A stretch of 34,033 nt of DNA from Candidatus Aminicenantes bacterium (GTDB taxonomy: Bacteria; Acidobacteriota; Aminicenantia; UBA2199), in contig DAOWKX010000008.1 in the NCBI GenBank assembly GCA_030639705.1, positions 1 to 34,033 on the forward strand, written 5' to 3'. The notes under the pieces are model-generated. The model worked only from the letters and a program-made list of their open reading frames with translations, did not search any database and was not told where the DNA came from. Below are positions 32,656-34,033 of the stretch, in pieces. The position numbers were made by a program, and so were the translations under genes. Each line of letters starts with the position of its first letter. Position 1 is the first letter of the stretch.

Positions 32656-33636
32656 TTATGTCTCCTTTCCTGATTTGGTTTTTATATTTTTATTGGCCGC
32701 ATACATGGTTCTTTTCTTCAATTGATCATCGGCATCGGCATAGAGCGGGGTCATTCCTTTATAGAAAGCAGGCTCAGCACAACCCATACAGCCCGCACCA
32801 CAATCAATGCAGAAGTTCTGGCCATCATTCCATCGTCTTACCGGACAATCCGAATAGGTTTCCGGACCTTTACATCCTTTTTCAATCAGGCACCAATTTT
32901 TTTGCTCGGGATCATTCCAATCACTGAGGAATTTCTCCTCCTCAAAGTATGAACGCCGTCTGCAGTTGTCATGAATGACTTCACCAAAATACATTAAGGG
33001 GCGCTTGTACTCATCCAGTGGCGGTACTTTATTGGTGACCAAATAATAAACAATGGTTCCCACCAGATGATCCACATGTACCGGACAGGTAGAGAGGTTA
33101 ATGATGGGTTTGTTTTTTACAATTTCGCTGACGCCAACCGCTCCGGTGGGTCCGGCAGCCGGGATTCCGCCGAACGATGCACAGGCACCGACTGCAATAA
33201 TCGCTGCTGCACTGGCAGCTGCTTCCAGTACAATTTCTTTAAATGGGCGGTTTCCAACCATACAGAAACGGTCGTCTGCGGTGGGGATCGATCCTTCCAC
33301 CACGAGTACATAACCACCTTGTTTGACGGTGGCATGATAAACGGCTTCTGCCTGATATCCGGATGCAGCCATGATCGTTTCGTGATATCTAATTGAAAGT
33401 TTATCTAAAATAAGCGATGCGACAGGTGGATGGGGAGAACCTGGGAGTGCTATGGTACATCCTGCACAGTCTTGTCCTTCCAGCCATATGACAGGGGGTT
33501 TTTGGGAAGTTGATGCTGCCATTGTTGCTGCAAGTGTACTGGCAAATTCCAGTTTTGAAACTCCCATAACCGCAGCCATGGTACCGCAAAACTTCATGAA
33601 GTCCCGGCGTGAAATTTCACCAAAAATTGGACTCAC
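32656..33636 (-). CDS. [NiFe]-hydrogenase small subunit with a twin-arginine signal peptide, group 1
   Basis: 326 aa with the Tat motif SRRDFMKFCG...A-x-A region, the proximal-cluster motif GQDCAGC, and the distal region CKGPETYSDCP...CIDCGAGCMGC. I see no C-terminal TM anchor. Confidence 0.9.
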   Translation of the reverse strand: MSPIFGEISRRDFMKFCGTMAAVMGVSKLEFASTLAATMAASTSQKPPVIWLEGQDCAGCTIALPGSPHPPVASLILDKLSIRYHETIMAASGYQAEAVYHATVKQGGYVLVVEGSIPTADDRFCMVGNRPFKEIVLEAAASAAAIIAVGACASFGGIPAAGPTGAVGVSEIVKNKPIINLSTCPVHVDHLVGTIVYYLVTNKVPPLDEYKRPLMYFGEVIHDNCRRRSYFEEEKFLSDWNDPEQKNWCLIEKGCKGPETYSDCPVRRWNDGQNFCIDCGAGCMGCAEPAFYKGMTPLYADADDQLKKRTMYAANKNIKTKSGKET

Positions 33637-33711
33637 TTTGACCTCCTCATTTTAGTTTATTTAAATCAGGGAAATGACATTTGAATTGTTGATATGGGAT
33701 ACACAAATGAA

Positions 33712-33740
33712 ATTATGAATAAAGGAAAATTAAAAGTCAA
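33712..33740 (-). promoter_or_regulatory. Sigma70-type promoter of the group 1 hydrogenase operon
   Basis: Minus strand reads TTGACT (33740-33735), a 17-nt spacer, then CATAAT (33717-33712), about 70 nt upstream of ATG 33636. Confidence 0.45.
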
Positions 33741-33831
33741 CCGTTTTAGTTATTTTTTTGTTAACTTTTTTTATTTTCCGCACCGGGATTCATGACTTAC
33801 CTGGTTTCATATTTCAGCTTTTTTTGATATA

Positions 33832-34033
33832 ATGGGAGTCTTAAAAGTACAAATGAGGATTAACCGCAGTATTGCAAAAAAAGATAAATCGGATCTGTCG
33901 GTTAGAAGGATCCGTATTTTGTTCAAGGGCATCGTTCAGGGAGTCGGATTCAGGCCCTTTATTTACCGGAGTGTCCAGAAGTTTCGCTTATCGGGATTTG
34001 TAAAAAACACTGCCCGGGGAGTGGTTGTGGAGG
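33832..34033 (+). CDS. hypF: Hydrogenase maturation carbamoyltransferase HypF, N-terminal acylphosphatase domain (partial; continues beyond the window)
   Basis: Hand translation gives (MGVLKVQ)MRINRSIAKKDKSDLSVRRIRILFKGIVQGVGFRPFIYRSVQKFRLSGFVKNTARGVVVE..., open to the window end. VQGVGFRPF...G.V.N is the acylphosphatase/HypF signature. The start is either ATG 33832 or the in-frame ATG 33853. An extended -10 TGaTATAAT at 33825-33833 favours 33853. Confidence 0.8.
   Translation, partial: MGVLKVQMRINRSIAKKDKSDLSVRRIRILFKGIVQGVGFRPFIYRSVQKFRLSGFVKNTARGVVVE

Noticed and set aside
1-34033. Search for CRISPR arrays, tRNA/rRNA, IS elements, integrases, toxin-antitoxin or defence-system genes
   Set aside because: I found no direct-repeat/spacer arrays, no cloverleaf-like or rRNA-like segments, and no transposase or recombinase motifs in any frame. 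All intergenic regions are short (under 260 nt) and AT-rich, consistent with promoters.

Overview
This is a low-GC, anaerobe-type bacterial chromosomal segment devoted almost entirely to redox and energy metabolism. I recognised no rRNA, tRNA, CRISPR array, transposase or integrase. Nearly everything from 22179 down to 2098 is on the minus strand. Contents from left to right: (1) A minus-strand oxidative-stress operon: Fur/PerR-like regulator, then rubredoxin, then flavodiiron protein. The last two are missing from the ORF track. A 27-bp perfect palindrome sits on the operon's promoter. (2) An RseC-family gene on the plus strand. (3) A tatA gene broken by one extra base in an A9 run, despite having its own near-consensus promoter and Shine-Dalgarno (SD) site. 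(4) An ~11-kb translationally coupled operon: membrane-anchored octahaem (2 x c3-like) cytochrome, rnfC-D-G-E-A, RnfB fused to a GltD/NfnB-like flavoprotein, then NuoG-like, NuoE-like and NuoF-like (HydB type). In it, RnfC lacks the GGAGFPT nucleotide/FMN loop and RnfD has Tyr where the flavinylated Thr normally sits. This is my best candidate for an undescribed system: an Rnf variant re-plumbed with a complex-I N-module / bifurcating-type module. (5) A sensor-less histidine kinase plus a stand-alone receiver. (6) A four-subunit group 3b [NiFe]-hydrogenase with its protease. (7) cysT-W-A with no binding-protein gene and an apparently leaderless promoter. (8) On the plus strand: a tetrahaem cytochrome c, a lipoprotein, ccsB, and a long-form ccsA. 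(9) A BNR/sortilin-like exported protein plus a LolA-like protein. (10) A Tat-exported group 1 [NiFe]-hydrogenase (small subunit, large subunit, protease) with no cytochrome b. (11) The 5' end of hypF. All functional calls come from reading motifs in the translations; no database search was possible.
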